From: Eukaryota sp. GEM-RC1 | Taxonomy: Eukaryota | Reading direction: 5' to 3' | DNA length: 64,000 nt | Assembly: GCA_040285855.1 (NCBI GenBank) | Contig: JAUFOQ010000001.1 | Coordinates: 3,658,001-3,722,000, forward strand | Part shown: piece after piece, positions 34,953 through 49,900 of the stretch | Numbering within the stretch: the stretch's first letter is position 1 | How the letters are laid out: every line of letters begins with the position of its first letter | Translations under genes and position numbers: made by a program | Notes under the pieces: model-generated | What the model saw: only the letters and a program-made list of their open reading frames with translations | Databases searched by the model: none | Told to the model about the DNA's origin: nothing

Positions 34953-37900
34953 TACACTGTAGTGTTGATGTCAATTAAATAAATAATCACGAAAAAAGGT
35001 AATGTAAAATCTGAAAAATTGAATATCACAAGATCACATCACAAAATTACAAATTATTGACTTTGTGATATTACACATCACAACAATCACATCACAATTT
35101 GTGACAAGCAATATTTGTGTAATATTTCTAGTTGTGATTTTACAAAAAAATTTTGTGGAAAGTAAATTGAAATCTAACAACTAATGTATGCGTCTTTTTC
35201 ATTTAATAATCGTATTTCAAACAAAGTTCCTCAAGATGGTCTGTCGATGTAAACTAGTTATGTTCTTCCGTGAAGTATAAGATAGAGTGTTGTGCTTGTG
35301 ACGCGGATTGCTTCTGATGTTATACTTCTATCTCAAAAGCTTGTGAACCGAATTCTTGTTCCTAACAATGTTCATGATACAAAAAAACACGGTAAAAAGT
35401 GTGTCAATGAAAGGTCACAAAAGCACATATCATAATAAAAGCTATGAAACACTAGACATAGAAAATTCCTGGTTAAGCTTAACAGTACTAGTGATGGGCA
35501 AAAGACCAGACCAACCGACCATACTACAGGCCTCTAAAGTTTGGTCTGTAGTCCGAGGATCTCTTCTCTTCTCTGGTCTGGTCTGGTCTAGTCTGTAGTC
35601 CATTCATTTCTACTGTGGTCTGAAGTCCATTCATGTTTGTTTTACTTTTACGAATACATCACTAAAAAACATAACATATGTTTTCCGGTTCCACTTCAGT
35701 ACTTCCATTTTCAGATTCTGAAAACTCATTAATACCTAGGAGATAATCCATTAGAGTATATATTAGCTGGTTTTGCCATAAGATACCACAATTTCCTTTT
35801 CACACACAATGTCAGGCCCAGTTATATAGAGGTGTCTACATAGAGTTGTATTCAGAGGCTTCTGCGGCAAAAAGGAGAATATATTTGGAAAAACGGGGTT
35901 TATGATCAATGAGTGAAATAAATGCATTTGCAGAAGTAAATAACTAACAGACACTAACTAAAGTATCTAACTATGATCCTTCTGTCCATCACCGAACAAC
36001 TTATCTAAAATTGAATTTAAATATCTGTGCATTGAACGAAACAACGCAAACGTTAACATACTCAACGAAAAATTTTCATTGAAAACTTTACCGAAGTCAG
36101 AACACAATTTACCAAAGGAAGTTAAAAACCCTTGAGCAGCTATTTTTTCCTTTTTCAGCCACTTCAAGAGCAGAAAGATCATAATCAAAATTCTTGAAAA
36201 TTGATCTTGAATTACAAGGATCAACAGTCGTGAAATCCATAATAATTTCCTGACAAGATAACCAAGGACCAATCAAATCACCACGACTTCTATCAACTTT
36301 TGGCTGATCAGGAAGATTAGCAAGTAAAGGTTCAATTTTTCCATGAAAACCATTAGCCTTAAACATATCCAAACATGTATCTCGGATACTGTTGTGAAGA
36401 ATTGATCTAAAATGAATAATTGATGACAGTTAACTAAATGATGAAAATGTGAAGCCTTTGAACGACCACAAAGACATGGAGAATGCTTCAAAAGACCATA
36501 AAGCTAACCCAAGTCTCATGTTTATAAGCCATTCATAATCCTTAAGATTAAAACAAAATTTTCTTGGCAAACGAGAAACAAACGAAAACCTTTTAAAGTT
36601 AAGCTGATAACATAAGTTTGAGCACATGGATCTAACAAATATATTTGAAAGCTTGGATTATAACGTTCGACTTGGCATGATCAATGAAAAAATCCAGCTT
36701 TTGCAAATTTCTTAATGGATGTTTCTAATCGCTCTGCTTCATGTCTGATTACTCAAATCCTTCAAGCTCACGGTATGTTTTCTGATGATAACTCTTAGTC
36801 ATTAACATGCGTTTACGGTCATAGATTTGGCCTATGTGGGCAATCTGTAACACCTACACATTTATTGAATTCTAACCGTTTCATTTCTTTTAGAAGTAAG
36901 GTTCATGATTCTGTAAGGGATCAATTATAGTGAATGTGTAAATCTTATGGAATAATCATTTTTTTAGAACCAGTTTTTTTGGCTGGTTTGGTTGATGATA
37001 CAGATATTGACAAATCGTTTGGAAATAGCTGTGGTGATGTCATATTTCATGGGCTCGATGGTGCTTTTATTATTGCTGATGTTATATCTATCGACGTTAA
37101 AAATGGTTTCAACAAGAAACATACTTAATCTAATGCTAAAACCCCTCTGTTGATTGATGAAAAATTTAAAAAATGGAAAAATATTGTGCTGAATTGAAAT
37201 TATTGAATTCAGTTTCACACTCGAATTACTTGTTGTACCCTTTTGTATTTTCAATGTAAGTTTCTTTAGGTGAATCGGCCACATCATTACTTGAAATCTT
37301 TGTGAAGATTGTAGATGAAAAAACATCTAGGACTTTTGATCTTAGATTTTGGAAAAATCGAATCGTGTTTGATATCTTTAAAGGTATGGTGACCACCGTA
37401 TGTAGCGCTATGTTATCTCTCGGCAGACATTATGAGGATACGGTTGGTGAGAATTTCCAGATAGGCAATTTGCCGACTTTGAGGATATTGATTATTAGAT
37501 GTATGTACACTGTAGTGTTGATGTCAATTAAATAAATAATCACGAAAAAGGTAATGTAAAATCTGAAAAATTGAATATCATAAGATCACATCACAAAATT
37601 ACAAATTATTGACTTTGTGATATTACACATCACAACAATCACATTTCCACATCACAACTGAATGTCATTGTGATTGTGTGAGTCACAACAATCACATCAC
37701 AACTTGTGACAAGCAATATTTGTGTAATATTTCTAGTTGTTATTTTACAAAAATTTTGTGGAAAGTAAATAAAAAAACGGGGTTTATGATCAGTCAGTGA
37801 AATACATGCATTTGCAGAAGTTAATAACTAACAGACACTAACTAAAGTATCTAAACTATGATCCTTCTGTCCATCACCGAACAACTTACCTAAAATTGAA

Positions 37901-40900
37901 TTAAAATATCTGTGCATTGAACGAAACAACGCAAACGTTAACCTACTCAACCAAAAATTTTCATTGAAAACTTTACCATACTCAGAACACAATTTACCAA
38001 AGGAAGTTAAAAAACCTTGTGCAGCTGGTCCAATATTACCGTATTTCGACATCGCAAAGGTTGAAACACAAAAGAATTGTACCTGTCAACATTCAATTGG
38101 TTAATTAAGTGACAGTACTTTTGTATTTTTTCCTTTTTCAGCCACTTCAAGAGCCGAAAAATCATCATCAAAAATTTTTGAAATTGATCTTGAATTACAA
38201 GGATCAACAGTCGTGAAATCCATGATAATTTCCTGACAAGATAACCAAGGACCAATCAAATCACCACGACTTCTATCAACTTTTGGCTGATCAGAAAGAT
38301 TAGCAAGTAGAGGTTCAATTTTTCCATGAAAACCATTAGCCTTAAACATATCCAAACGTGTATCCCGGATACTGTTGTGAATAATTGATCGAAAATGAAT
38401 AAATTGATGACAGTTAACTAAATGATGAAAATTGGAAGCCTTTGAACGACCACAAAGACATGGAGAATGCTTCAAAAGACCATAAACCTAACCCAAGTCT
38501 CATGTTTATAAGCCATTCATGATCCTTAAGATTAAAACAAAATTTTCTTGGCAAACGAGAAACAAACGAAAACCTTTTAAAGTTAAGCTGACAACATAAG
38601 TTTGAGCACATGGATCTAACAAATATATTTCAAAGCTTGGATTATAACGTTCGACTTGGCATGATCAAGGAAAAAATCCAGCTTTTACAAATTTCTCAAT
38701 GGATGTTTCTAATCGCTCTGCTTCATGTCTGATTACTCAAATCCTTCAAGCTCACGGTATGTTTTCTGATGATAACTCTTAGTCATTAACATGCGTTTAC
38801 GGTCATATATTTGGCCTATGTGGGCAATCTGTAACACCTACACATTTATTGAATTGTAACCGTTTCATTTCTTTTAGAAGTAAGGTTCATGATTCTGTAA
38901 GGGATCAATTATAGTGAATGTGTAAATCTTATGGAATAATCATTTTTTAGAACCAGTTTTGGCTGGTTTGGTTGATGATACAGATATTGACAAATCGTTT
39001 GGAAATAGCTGTGGTGATGTCATATTTCATGGGCTCGATGGTGCTTTTATTATTGCTGATGTTATGTCTATCGACGTTAAAAATGGTTTCAACAAGAAAC
39101 ATACTAAATCTAATGCTAAAACCCCTCTGTTGATTGATGAAAAATTTAAAAAATGGAAAAATATTGTGCTGAATTGAAATTATTGAATTACTTGTTGTAC
39201 CCTTTTGTATTTTCAATGTAAGTTTCTTTAGGTGAATCGGCCACATCATTACTTGAAATCTTTGTGAAGATCGTAAAAGAAATCAATCTAGGACTTTTGA
39301 TCTTAGATTTTGGAAAAATCGAATTTGATATCTTTGAAGGAATGGTGACCACCGAATCTAGCGCTTTGTTATCTCTCGACAGACATTATGAGGATACAGT
39401 TGGTGAGAATTTCCAGATAGGCAATTTGCCGACTTTGAGGATATTGATTATTAGATGTATGTACACTGTAGTGTTGATGTCAATTAAATAAATAATCACG
39501 AAAAAGGTAATGTAAAATCTGAAAAATTGAATATCACAAGATCACATCACAAAATTACAAATTATTGACTTTGTGATATTACACATCACAACAATCACAT
39601 TTCCACATCACAACTGAATGTCATTGTGATTGTGTGAGTCACAACAATCACATCACAATTTGTGACAAGCAATATTTGTGTAATATTTCTAGTTGTGATT
39701 TTACAAAAAATTTTGTGGAAAGTAAATAAAATAACGGGGTTTATGATCAGTCAGTGAAATAAATGCATTTGCAGAAGTTAATAACTAACAGACACTAACT
39801 AAAGTATCTAAACTATGATCCTTCTGTCCATCACCGAACAACTTACCTAAAATTGAATTAAAATATCTGTGCATTGAACGAAACAACGCAAACGTTAACC
39901 TACTCAACCAAAAATTTTCATTGAAAACTTTACCATACTCAGAACACAATTTACCAAAGGAAGTTAAAAAACCTTGTGCAGCTGGTCCAATATTACCGTA
40001 TATCGACATCGCAAAAGGTTGAAACACAAAAGAATTGTACCTGTTAACATTCAATTGGTTAATTAAGTGACAGTACTTTGTATTTTTTCCTTTTTCAGCC
40101 ACTTCAAGAGGCGAAAAATCAACATCAAAAATTTTGGGAATTGATCTTGAATTACAAGGATCAACCGTCGTGAAATCCATGATAATTTCCTGACAAGATA
40201 ACCAAGGACCAATCAAATCACCACGACTTCTATCAACTTTTGGCTGATCAGAAAGATTAGCAAGTAAAGGTTCAATTTTTCCATGAAAACCATTAGCCTT
40301 AAACATATCCAAACATGTATCCCGGATACTGTTGTGAATAATTGATCGAAAATGAATAAATTGATGACAGTTAACTAAATGATGAAAATTGGAAGCCTTT
40401 GAACGACCACAAAGACATGGAGAATGCTTCCAAAGACCTGAAAGCCATAAACCTAACCTAAGTCTCATGTTTATAAGCCATTCATGATCCTTAAGATTAA
40501 AACAAAATTTGCTTGGCAAACGAGAAACAAATGAAGACGCATCGCTTGAAGAAATATCATTCAAAAATGCACAAAAAGCGGGACTCTTAGTCTTAGCCAA
40601 GCTAATACGGTTTTTAAAGTCCAAGCTTTCGTGAAACAAAACAAACTTCTTCTGTAACTTGCGAACACACAAAGGCAAAGAGAAAATGCTTCTCTGCTGA
40701 ATTTCTGTTACCCCAACAGGAAATAACTCTGACCACAAATTGGAGTCAAGACTATCAATTAAATTTTGAAGACTAATTAACCATGCACAAGGTGAGTGAA
40801 GTAAAAAATCTTTCGTTTTCCATAACACAGGATAACGATTCTGAAATTCAAACAAAAAATTCTTTAAAGACCCCAAAAGGCACCCTCACGCATGTACTTA

Positions 40901-43900
40901 GCTTTCGTGAAACCAATACCACCAAAAGAAGTAGAAGTGAAACAATGAGAAGGGAAGTGAAGAGTCTTAAATTGAAAGTAAATTGAAATGTAACAACTAA
41001 TGTATGCATCTTTTTCATTCTATAATCGTATTTCAAAGAAAGTTCCTCAAGGTGGTCTGTCGATGTAAGCTAGTTATGTTCTTCCATGAAGTATAAGATA
41101 GATGGGGAGTGTTGTGCTTGTGACGCGGATTGCTTCTGATGTTATACTTCTATCTCAAAAGCTTGTGAACCGAATTCTTGTTCCTAACAATGTTTATGAT
41201 ACAAAAAAACACACGGTAAAAAGTGTGTCAATGAAAGGTCACAAAAGCACATATCATAATAAAAGCTATGAAACACTAGACATAGAAAATTCCTGGTTAA
41301 GCTTAACAGTACTAGTGATGGGCAAAAGACCAGACCAACCGACCATACTACAGGCCTCTAAAGTTTGGTCTGTAGTCCGAGGATCTCTTCTCTTCTCTGG
41401 TCTGGTCTCGTCTGTAGTCCATTCATTTCTACTGTGGTCTTAAGTCCATTCATGTTTGTTTTACTTTTACGAATACATCACTAAAAAACATAACATATGT
41501 TTTCCGGTTCCACTTCAGTACTTCCATTTTCAGATTCTGAAAACTCATTAATACCTAGGAGATAATCCATTAGAGTATATATTAGCTGGTTTTGCCATAA
41601 GATACCACAATTTCCTTTTCACACACAATGTCAGGCCCAGTTATATAGAGGTGTCTACATAGAGTTGTATTCAGAGGCTTCTGCGGCAAAAAGGAGAATA
41701 TATAGAAAAAACGGGGTTTATGATCAATGAGTGAAATAAACGCATTTGCAGAAGTTAATAACTAACAGACACTAACTAAAGTATCTAACTATGATCCTTC
41801 TGTCCATCATCGAACAACTTACCTAAAATTGAATTTAAATATCTGTGCATTGAACGAAACAACGCAAACGTTAACATACTCAACCAAAAATTTTCATTGA
41901 AAACTTTACCGAAGTCAGAACACAATTTACCAAAGGAAGTTAAAAACCCTTGAGCAGCTATTTTTTCCTTTTTCAGCCACTTCAAGAGCAGAAAGATCAT
42001 AATCAAAATTCTTGAAAATTGATCTTGAATTACAAGGATCAACAGTCGTGAAATCCATAATAATTTCCTGACAAGATAACCAAGGACCAATCAAATCACC
42101 ACGACTTCTATCAACTTTTGGCTGATCAGAAAGATTAGCAAGTAAAGGTTCAATTTTTCCATGAAAACCATTAGCCTTAAACATATCCAAACATGTATCC
42201 CGGATACTGTTGTGAAGAATTGATCTAAAATGAATAAATTGATGACAGTTAACTAAATGATGAAAATGTGAAGCCTTTGAACGACCACAAAGACATGGAG
42301 AATGCTTCAAAAGACCATAAACCTAACCCAAGTCTCATGTTTATAAGCCATTCATAATCCTTAAGATTAAAACAAAATTTTCTTGGCAAACGAGAAACAA
42401 ACGAAAACCTTTTAAAGTTAAGCTGATAACATAAGTTTGAGCACATGGATCTAACAAATATATTTGAAAGCTTGGATTATAACGTTCGACTTGGCATGAT
42501 CAATGAAAAAATCCAGCTTTTGCAAATTTCTTAATGGATGTTTCTAATCGCTCTGCTTCATGTCTGATTACTCAAATCCTTCAAGCTCACGGTATGTTTT
42601 CTGATGATAACTCTTAGTCATTAACATGCGTTTACGGTCATATATTTGGCCGATGTGGGCAATCTGTAACACCTACACATTTATTGAATTGTAACCGTTT
42701 CATTTCTTTTAGAAGTAAGGTTCATGATTCTGTAAGGGATCAATTATAGTGAATGTGTAAATCTTATGGAATAATCATTTTTTTAGAACCAGTTTTGGCT
42801 GGTTTGGTTGATGATACAGATATTGACAAATCGTTTGGAAATAGCTGTGGTGATGTCATATTTCATGGGCTCGATGGATGGTGCTTTTGTTATTGCTGAT
42901 GTTATATCTATCGAAGTTAAAAATGGTTTCAACAAGAAACATACTTAATCTAATGCTAAAACCCCTCTGTTGATTGATGAAAAATTTAAAAAATGGAAAA
43001 ATATTGTGCTGAATTGAAATTATTGAATTCAGTTTCACACTCGAATTACTTGTTGTACTCTTTTGTATTTTCAATGTACGTTTCTTTAGGTGAATCGGCC
43101 ACATCATTACTTGAAATCTTTGTGAAGATCGTAAAAGAAATCAATCTAGGACTTTTGATCTTAGATTTTGGAAAAATCGAATTTGATATCTTTGAAGGAA
43201 TGGTGAGAATTTCCAGATAGGCAATTTGCCGACTTTGAGGATATTGATTATTAGATGTATGTACACTGTAGTGTTGATGTCAATTAAATAAATAATCACG
43301 AAAAAGGTAATGTAAAATCTGAAAAATTGAATATCACAAGATCACATCACAAAATTACAAATTATTGACTTTGTGATATTACACATCACAACAATCACAT
43401 TTCCACATCACAACTGAATGTCATTGTGATTGTGTGAGTCACAACAATCACATCACAATTTGTGACAAGCAATATTTGTGTAATATTTCTAGTTGTTATT
43501 TTACAAAAAATTTTGTGGAAAGTAAATAAAAAAACGGGGTTTATGATCAGTCAGTGAAATACATGCATTTGCAGAAGTTAATAACTAACAGACACTAACT
43601 AAAGTATCTAAACTATGATCCTTCTGTCCATCACCGAACAACTTACCTAAAATTGAATTAAAATATCTGTGCATTGAACGAAACAACGCAAACGTTAACC
43701 TACTCAACCAAAAATTTTCATTGAAAACTTTACCATACTCAGAACACAATTTACCAAAGGAAGTTAAAAAACCTTGTGCAGCTGGTCCAATATTACCGTA
43801 TTTCGACATCGCAAAGGTTGAAACACAAAAGAATTGTACCTGTCAACATTCAATTGGTTAATTAAGTGACAGTACTTTGTATTTTTTCCTTTTTCAGCCA

Positions 43901-46900
43901 CTTCAAGAGCCGAAAAATCATCATCAAAAATTTTTGAAATTGATCTTGAATTACAAGGATCAACAGTCGTGAAATCCATGATAATTTCCTGACAAGATAA
44001 CCAAGGACCAATCAAATCACCACGACTTCTATCAACTTTTGGCTGATCAGAAAGATTAGCAAGTAGAGGTTCAATTTTTCCATGAAAACCATTAGCCTTA
44101 AACATATCCAAACGTGTATCCCGGATACTGTTGTGAATAATTGATCGAAAATGAATAAATTGATGACAGTTAACTAAATGATGAAAATTGGAAGCCTTTG
44201 AACGACCACAAAGACATGGAGAATGCTTCAAAAGACCATAAACCTAACCCAAGTCTCATGTTTATAAGCCATTCATGATCCTTAAGATTAAAACAAAATT
44301 TTCTTGGCAAACGAGAAACAAACGAAAACCTTTTAAAGTTAAGCTGACAACATAAGTTTGAGCACATGGATCTAACAAATATATTTCAAAGCTTGGATTA
44401 TAACGTTCGACTTGGCATGATCAAGGAAAAAATCCAGCTTTTACAAATTTCTCAATGGATGTTTCTAATCGCTCTGCTTCATGTCTGATTACTCAAATCC
44501 TTCAAGCTCACGGTATGTTTTCTGATGATAACTCTTAGTCATTAACATGCGTTTACGGTCATATATTTGGCCTATGTGGGCAATCTGTAACACCTACACA
44601 TTTATTGAATTGTAACCGTTTCATTTCTTTTAGAAGTAAGGTTCATGATTCTGTAAGGGATCAATTATAGTGAATGTGTAAATCTTATGGAATAATCATT
44701 TTTTTAGAACCAGTTTTGGCTGGTTTGGTTGATGATACAGATATTGACAAATCGTTTGGAAATAGCTGTGGTGATGTCATATTTCATGGGCTCGATGGTG
44801 CTTTTATTATTGCTGATGTTATGTCTATCGACGTTAAAAATGGTTTCAACAAGAAACATACTAAATCTAATGCTAAAACCCCTCTGTTGATTGATGAAAA
44901 ATTTAAAAAATGGAAAAATATTGTGCTGAATTGAAATTATTGAATTACTTGTTGTACCCTTTTGTATTTTCAATGTAAGTTTCTTTAGGTGAATCGGCCA
45001 CATCATTACTTGAAATCTTTGTGAAGATCGTAAAAGAAATCAATCTAGGACTTTTGATCTTAGATTTTGGAAAAATCGAATTTGATATCTTTGAAGGAAT
45101 GGTGACCACCGAATCTAGCGCTTTGTTATCTCTCGACAGACATTATGAGGATACAGTTGGTGAGAATTTCCAGATAGGCAATTTGCCGACTTTGAGGATA
45201 TTGATTATTAGATGTATGTACACTGTAGTGTTGATGTCAATTAAATAAATAATCACGAAAAAGGTAATGTAAAATCTGAAAAATTGAATATCACAAGATC
45301 ACATCACAAAATTACAAATTATTGACTTTGTGATATTACACATCACAACAATCACATTTCCACATCACAACTGAATGTCATTGTGATTTTGTGAGTCACA
45401 ACAATCACATCACAATTTGTGACAAGCAATATTTGTGTAATATTTCTAGTTGTGATTTTACAAAAATTTTGTGGAAAGTAAATAAAAAAACGCGGTTTAT
45501 GATCAGTCAGTGAAATAAATGCATTTGCAGAAGTTAATAACTAACAGACACTAACTAAAGTATCTAAACTATGATCCTTCTGTCCATCACCGAACAACTT
45601 ACCTAAAATTGAATTAAAATATCTGTGCATTGAACGAAACAACGCAAACGTTAACCTACTCAACCAAACATTTTCATTGAAAACTTTACCATACTCAGAA
45701 CACAATTTACCAAAGGAAGTTAAAAAACCTTGTGCAGCTGGTCCAATATTACCGTATATCGACATCGCAAAAGGTTGAAACACAAAAGAATTGTACCTGT
45801 TAACATTCAATTGGTTAATTAAGTGACAGTACTTTGTATTTTTTCATTTTTCAGCCACTTCAAGAGGCGAAAAATCAACATCAAAAATTTTGGAAATTGA
45901 TCTTGAATTACAAGGATCAACCGTCGTGAAATCCATGATAATTTCCTGACAAGATAACCAAGGACCAATCAAATCACCACGACTTCTATCAACTTTTGGC
46001 TGATCAGAAAGATTAGCAAGTAAAGGTTCAATTTTTCCATGAAAACCATTAGCCTTAAACATATCCAAACATGTATCCCGGATACTGTTGTGAATAATTG
46101 ATCGAAAATGAATAAATTGATGACAGTTAACTAAATGATGAAAATTGGAAGCCTTTGAACGACCACAAAGACATGGAGAATGCTTCCAAAGACCTGAAAG
46201 CCATAAACCTAACCTAAGTCTCATGTTTATAAGCCATTCATGATCCTTAAGATTAAAACAAAATTTGCTTGGCAAACGAGAAACAAATGAAGACGCATCG
46301 CTTGAAGAAATATCATTCAAAAATGCACAAAAAGCGGGACTCTTAGTCTTAGCCAAGCTAATACGGTTTTTAAAGTCCAAGCTTTCGTGAAACAAAACAA
46401 ACTTCTTCTGTAACTTGCGAACACACAAAGGCAAAGAGAAAATGCTTCTCTGCTGAATTTCTGTTACCCCAACAGGAAATAACTCTGACCACAAATTGGA
46501 GTCAAGACTATCAATTAAATTTTGAAGACTAATTAACCATGCACAAGGTGAGTGAAGTAAAAAATCTTTCGTTTTCCATAACACAGGATAACGATTCTGA
46601 AATTCAAACAAAAAATTCTTTAAAGACCCCAAAAGGCACCCTCACGCATGTACTTAGCTTTCGTGAAACCAATACCACCAAAAGAAGTAGAAGTGAAACA
46701 ATGAGAAGGAAGTGAAGAGTCTTAAATTGAAAGTAAATTGAAATGTAACAACTAATGTATGCATCTTTTCATTCTATAATCGTATTTCAAAGAAAGTTCC
46801 TCAAGGTGGTCTGTCGATGTAAGCTAGTTATGTTCTTCCATGAAGTATAAGATAGATGGGGAGTGTTGTGCTTGTGACGCGGATTGCTTCTGATGTTATA

Positions 46901-49900
46901 CTTCTATCTCAAAAGCTTGTGAACCGAATTCTTGTTCCTAACAATGTTTATGATACAAAAAAACACACGGTAAAAAGTGTGTCAATGAAAGGTCACAAAA
47001 GCACATATCATAATAAAAGCTATGAAACACTAGACATAGAAAATTCCTGGTTAAGCTTAACAGTACTAGTGATGGGCAAAAGACCAGACCAACCGACCAT
47101 ACTACAGGCCTCTAAAGTTTGGTCTGTAGTCCGAGGATCTCTTCTCTTCTCTGGTCTGGTCTCGTCTGTAGTCCATTCATTTCTACTGTGGTCTGAAGTC
47201 CATTCATGTTTGTTTTACTTTTACGAATACATCACTAAAAAACATAACATATGTTTTCCGGTTCCACTTCAGTACTTCCATTTTCAGATTCTGAAAACTC
47301 ATTAATACCTAGGAGATAATCCATTAGAGTATATATTAGCTGGTTTTGCCATAAGATACCACAATTTCCTTTTCACACACAATGTCAGGCCCAGTTATAT
47401 AGAGGTGTCTACATAGAGTTGTATTCAGAGGCTTCTGCGGCAAAAAGGAGAATATATAGAAAAAACGGGGTTTATGATCAATGAGTGAAATAAACGCATT
47501 TGCAGAAGTTAATAACTAACAGACACTAACTAAAGTATCTAACTATGATCCTTCTGTCCATCATCGAACAACTTACCTAAAATTGAATTTAAATATCTGT
47601 GCATTGAACGAAACAACGCAAACGTTAACATACTCAACCAAAAATTTTCATTGAAAACTTTACCGAAGTCAGAACACAATTTACCAAAGGAAGTTAAAAA
47701 CCCTTGAGCAGCTATTTTTCCTTTTTCAGCCACTTCAAGAGCAGAAAGATCATAATCAAAATTCTTGAAAATTGATCTTGAATTACAAGGATCAACAGTC
47801 GTGAAATCCATAATAATTTCCTGACAAGATAACCAAGGACCAATCAAATCACCACGACTTCTATCAACTTTTGGCTGATCAGAAAGATTAGCAAGTAAAG
47901 GTTCAATTTTTCCATGAAAACCATTAGCCTTAAACATATCCAAACATGTATCCCGGATACTGTTGTGAAGAATTGATCTAAAATGAATAAATTGATGACA
48001 GTTAACTAAATGATGAAAATGTGAAGCCTTTGAACGACCACAAAGACATGGAGAATGCTTCAAAAGACCATAAACCTAACCCAAGTCTCATGTTTATAAG
48101 CCATTCATAATCCTTAAGATTAAAACAAAATTTTCTTGGCAAACGAGAAACAAACGAAAACCTTTTAAAGTTAAGCTGATAACATAAGTTTGAGCACATG
48201 GATCTAACAAATATATTTGAAAGCTTGGATTATAACGTTCGACTTGGCATGATCAATGAAAAAATCCAGCTTTTGCAAATTTCTTAATGGATGTTTCTAA
48301 TCGCTCTGCTTCATGTCTGATTACTCAAATCCTTCAAGCTCACGGTATGTTTTCTGATGATAACTCTTAGTCATTAACATGCGTTTACGGTCATATATTT
48401 GGCCGATGTGGGCAATCTGTAACACCTACACATTTATTGAATTGTAACCGTTTCATTTCTTTTAGAAGTAAGGTTCATGATTCTGTAAGGGATCAATTAT
48501 AGTGAATGTGTAAATCTTATGGAATAATCATTTTTTTAGAACCAGTTTTGGCTGGTTTGGTTGATGATACAGATATTGACAAATCGTTTGGAAATAGCTG
48601 TGGTGATGTCATATTTCATGGGCTCGATGGATGGTGCTTTTGTTATTGCTGATGTTATATCTATCGAAGTTAAAAATGGTTTCAACAAGAAACATACTTA
48701 ATCTAATGCTAAAACCCCTCTGTTGATTGATGAAAAATTTAAAAATGGAAAAATATTGTGCTGAATTGAAATTATTGAATTCAGTTTCACACTCGAATTA
48801 CTTGTTGTACCCTTTTGTATTTTCAATGTAAGTTTCTTTAGGTGAATCGGCCACATCATTACTTGAAATCTTTGTGAAGATCGTAAAAGAAATCAATCTA
48901 GGACTTTTGATCTTAGATTTTGGAAAAATCGAATTTGATATCTTTGAAGGAATGGTGACCACCGAATCTAGCGCTTTGTTATCTCTCGACAGACATTATG
49001 AGGATACAGTTGGTGAGAATTTCCAGATAGGCAATTTGCCGACTTTGAGGATATTGATTATTAGATGTATGTACACTGTAGTGTTGATGTCAATTAAATA
49101 AATAATCACGAAAAAGGTAATGTAAAATCTGAAAAATTGAATATCACAAGATCACATCACAAAATTACAAATTATTGACTTTGTGATATTACACATCACA
49201 ACAATCACATTTCCACATCACAACTGAATGTCATTGTGATTGTGTGAGTCACAACAATCACATCACAATTTGTGACAAGCAATATTTGTGTAATATTTCT
49301 AGTTGTGATTTTACAAAAAATTTTGTGGAAAGTAAATAAAATAACGGGGTTTATGATCAGTCAGTGAAATAAATGCATTTGCAGAAGTTAATAACTAACA
49401 GACACTAACTAAAGTATCTAAACTATGATCCTTCTGTCCATCACCGAACAACTTACCTAAAATTGAATTAAAATATCTGTGCATTGAACGAAACAACGCA
49501 AACGTTAACCTACTCAACCAAAAATTTTCATTGAAAACTTTACCATACTCAGAACACAATTTACCAAAGGAAGTTAAAAAACCTTGTGCAGCTGGTCCAA
49601 TATTACCGTATATCGACATCGCAAAAGGTTGAAACACAAAAGAATTGTACCTGTTAACATTCAATTGGTTAATTAAGTGACAGTACTTTGTATTTTTTCC
49701 TTTTCAGCCACTTCAAGAGGCGAAAAATCAACATCAAAAATTTTGGGAATTGATCTTGAATTACAAGGATCAACCGTCGTGAAATCCATGATAATTTCCT
49801 GACAAGATAACCAAGGACCAATCAAATCACCACGACTTCTATCAACTTTTGGCTGATCAGAAAGATTAGCAAGTAAAGGTTCAATTTTTCCATGAAAACC

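Noticed and set aside
41102..41443. Repeated ORF MGSVVLVTRIASD… as a real gene
   Set aside because: It spans a junction of three unrelated repeat pieces, its length and frame vary between units, and it has no recognisable domain.
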